Below, piece after piece: positions 61,806 through 64,000 of a stretch of 64,000 nucleotides of DNA. The translations under genes were made by a program, and so were the position numbers. The notes beneath the pieces are model-generated. The model did no database searches. It saw nothing but the letters and a program-made list of their open reading frames with translations, and was not told the origin of the DNA. The stretch is taken from IMG/VR virus record IMGVR_UViG_3300006752_000018, positions 1-64,000 of that record, one strand, 5' to 3'. How positions within the stretch are numbered: the first letter of the stretch is position 1; each line of letters begins with the position of its first letter. Source of the DNA: a virus.

Positions 61806-62216
61806 ATGGCAATATTTATTGACAAGTATTTACAAGTAGGTAGAAAAAATACTATAAGTCTAAAAAACGATACACAATTAATGAGAACCGGTCCGTGGGT
61901 AGCTATTCCATTAGAAACGGAATTTGATCGTTTTTATTTAGGAGATTTTACAGGCGCAGAGTATACAATCTTTGTAGACTTGGATACACAAAATAAAGAA
62001 ATGTTAAAAATATTAGTAGTTGCATCTTTAGACAAAGCAACACTTACAGTTTTTGGAAGATCAAATTTGGGCAATGAAATTGTAAGTCTAAGTGCTACAG
62101 TAAATGATTCTTATGTAAGTTTGAAGGCTACTCCTAGTGCCGATGCATATAAAAATAGTAAATTAGTTTACAATGCATTTTACTTCCAAAATCAAAATTT
62201 ATTGGTTCCTTACTAA
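61806..62216 (+). CDS. Small virion structural protein (136 aa), resembling the C-terminal domain of 18959..25141
   Basis: DF.GAEY.I...EM.....L.ATP pattern versus DFRTAKVLI..QEML..LLATP. Confidence 0.6.
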   Translation: MAIFIDKYLQVGRKNTISLKNDTQLMRTGPWVAIPLETEFDRFYLGDFTGAEYTIFVDLDTQNKEMLKILVVASLDKATLTVFGRSNLGNEIVSLSATVNDSYVSLKATPSADAYKNSKLVYNAFYFQNQNLLVPY

Positions 62217-62220
62217 AAGA

Positions 62221-62226
62221 TAAATA
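62221..62226 (+). promoter_or_regulatory. T4-like late promoter core TAAATA
   Basis: GATAAATAC; AAGGAG precedes ATG 62243. Confidence 0.75.
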
Positions 62227-62242
62227 CTGTAAGGAGTGTTAA

Positions 62243-63205
62243 ATGCCTATTACATATAATCCGTTTGAATCGGAACATGGTTTTAAAAGCACAGGATTTA
62301 CAGTAGACGACCAGGGTAACATTACTGCCCGGTCTTTGTCGTTTACTATTGCTGCTGAAGACGAAACAGAAACCGACTATGCATTTTCAGAATCAGGTGC
62401 ATCTCAATTTAGAGAAACAGGCAATGACCCAGACAATCCTTCCCTTACATTGTTAAGGGGTGTGAGATATACAATTGCTCTTACACTGTCAACATTAAAT
62501 TTTAATATTTCAAACGAAGACGGGTCTGCACTATATAATACTGGTGTATCACACACTACAACTAATAATGTAACAACAACAGGTGCGTCTGCTCAAGGAA
62601 AGAGTACAGGAATTGTAACTTTTGATGTGCCTATAGATGCACCAGCAGCTTTACGCTACACAAATTCAACAGGCGCTCCGTTTGGTCAAATTGCAATATC
62701 TGATCCTGTTATAACAGGCAATGGCTCATTTAACACACTTACTGTTGCTGGCAATATGAACGCATTAGGTGCAGATGCATCTATTAGATTACAACCTACA
62801 GGACAAGGTTCTGTTAATATTTCAGCTAGTACAGGATCTATACAAGGGTTAGCAATAACCACTCCGTCAATTACAAGCACAAGCGGCTTAATTGATTTAC
62901 GTCCTCAAGACAATCCTATAACTTTAATTGCAAGAGGCTCAGGTATTGTAACAATCGACAGCGGAACTGTAGGATCAATTAATAATATAAACATAGGAAA
63001 CAATGTACCTGCTACGGGATCTTTTTCAACTCTAGAAGCAACATCAGGCACATTGAACGGAATAAATATAGGTGCAACTACACCTGGAACAGGTGCATTT
63101 ACTACCGCATCTGTTACACAATCACCGACAACAACTACCGGCATAGCAAACAAACGGTATGTAGACGAAAACGTTACTGCATTAGCAATTGCATTAGGAT
63201 CATAA
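62243..63205 (+). CDS. Short fibre/structural protein (320 aa) with a degenerate cupredoxin-like domain
   Basis: DNPSLTLLRGVRYT..TFDVP.DAP..LRY; shaft motif IGATTPGTGAFTT; C-terminal ANKRYVD..ALAIALGS. Confidence 0.7.
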   Translation: MPITYNPFESEHGFKSTGFTVDDQGNITARSLSFTIAAEDETETDYAFSESGASQFRETGNDPDNPSLTLLRGVRYTIALTLSTLNFNISNEDGSALYNTGVSHTTTNNVTTTGASAQGKSTGIVTFDVPIDAPAALRYTNSTGAPFGQIAISDPVITGNGSFNTLTVAGNMNALGADASIRLQPTGQGSVNISASTGSIQGLAITTPSITSTSGLIDLRPQDNPITLIARGSGIVTIDSGTVGSINNINIGNNVPATGSFSTLEATSGTLNGINIGATTPGTGAFTTASVTQSPTTTTGIANKRYVDENVTALAIALGS

Positions 63206-63208
63206 AAC

Positions 63209-64000
63209 ATGTCAAAGAAAAAACTCTCTACGTATATTTTTAACCCAGGGCGAGGCGTTTTAGAAAATGTCGTTCCAAATGCATACTCATTAATCGAGTC
63301 AAATAAAGAATATATCAAAGACGAAGCAGTTGAATACATTAATTACAGGATTGCATTAGACACAGGTAACGACGATAATCCTGATGCATCGGCACAACTA
63401 GCAGCAAATAATAATTGGATTAAACGAGAATTAAAAGAATGGATACAAACTGAAGCTGACGCAGCCCAGTTATCTTACACTCCTACTGATGCTTCATATA
63501 CAGGCGCAACTGGTGTTTTAAATATAACAATTGGTAGTCACAGTCTTTCTGTTGGGGATAAAATTAAAATTGCCATAGGTGGCATAACATTTACCTGTGA
63601 AAAAGATAACAATGCAACATTACATCCATACCCACGTGAATCCGGTGTGGCAAACATTACAGGTAACGATCCGTACGCTCATAATTTAATTGAAATTACA
63701 GCAACAGATGCTACATCAATTACAATGAATGTAGGTATATCTTCGGATACAAGTGTTCATACATTTTTTAGTGCGTTAGATGATGCAGTATCAACACCTT
63801 TTTATGACTATACATATAATGAAGAATTTTGGGATACATTGTTAGATGATATTGTTGATGGCATAAAATTTGACGTACGATACGGAGGAACATATAGTAC
63901 AAATGCTGCAACACGTTTACTTTGGGACGATGAAACTTCTCTTGTAGCAGGAAATAGAGCACCGCTACAACTTGTTTTTGACGAATTAGAAAATATATAT
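63209..64000 (+). CDS. Structural protein, 3'-truncated (>=264 aa), with nested globin-like helical modules
   Basis: Absent from the ORF track because it has no stop in the window. It reads open as MSKKKLSTYIFNPG...NKEYIKDEAVEYI...IVDGIKFDVRYGG...ENIY. Confidence 0.8.
   Translation, partial: MSKKKLSTYIFNPGRGVLENVVPNAYSLIESNKEYIKDEAVEYINYRIALDTGNDDNPDASAQLAANNNWIKRELKEWIQTEADAAQLSYTPTDASYTGATGVLNITIGSHSLSVGDKIKIAIGGITFTCEKDNNATLHPYPRESGVANITGNDPYAHNLIEITATDATSITMNVGISSDTSVHTFFSALDDAVSTPFYDYTYNEEFWDTLLDDIVDGIKFDVRYGGTYSTNAATRLLWDDETSLVAGNRAPLQLVFDELENIY

Noticed and set aside
79-63962. Dozens of minus-strand ORFs (up to 296 aa) and short alternative-frame plus-strand ORFs
   Set aside because: All lie within long + strand genes. 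Their Val/Pro/Ser-rich sequences are antisense shadows of Thr/Gly/Asp codons, and they lack recognisable motifs.
1-64000. Stop-codon reassignment, tRNA or rRNA genes
   Set aside because: Genes tile the window under the standard code, with TAA, TAG and TGA all used as stops. No intergenic gap exceeds about 75 nt and none shows a cloverleaf.

Overview
This window is a 64-kb, gene-dense, AT-rich segment of a large T4-like (jumbo/myovirus-type) bacteriophage genome, most likely aquatic. Every credible gene lies on the + strand and belongs to a late virion tail/fibre region. It holds four giant Thr/Gly/Asp-rich fibre genes (2.0 to >3.5 kaa; the first starts upstream of the window), small adaptor proteins, four Gly-rich adhesin-like proteins and two paralogous CBM-repeat/beta-helix proteins. 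These are followed by three Cys-rich adhesin-like proteins interleaved with two tail-fibre chaperones, a GT9-like glycosyltransferase, a NodU/CmcH carbamoyltransferase and further structural genes (the last truncated). T4-type late promoter cores (TAAATA) precede the gene blocks. The most unusual signals are: (1) phycobiliprotein/globin-like helical domains with the bilin-attachment C-x-R-D motif, inserted at the same site of two beta-helix tail proteins; (2) cupredoxin-like domains with a complete His..Cys-x2-His-x2-Met type-1 copper ligand set in three virion proteins; (3) adhesin-fold paralogues with about 10% Cys next to a glycosyl-/carbamoyl-transferase pair; (4) a late-promoter-containing hairpin that hides the RBS of that pair; and (5) an identical 16-nt leader in front of two unrelated large genes. 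Together these suggest a cofactor-decorated or chemically modified virion; that reading is inference. All family assignments come from motif recognition by eye, not from database searches.
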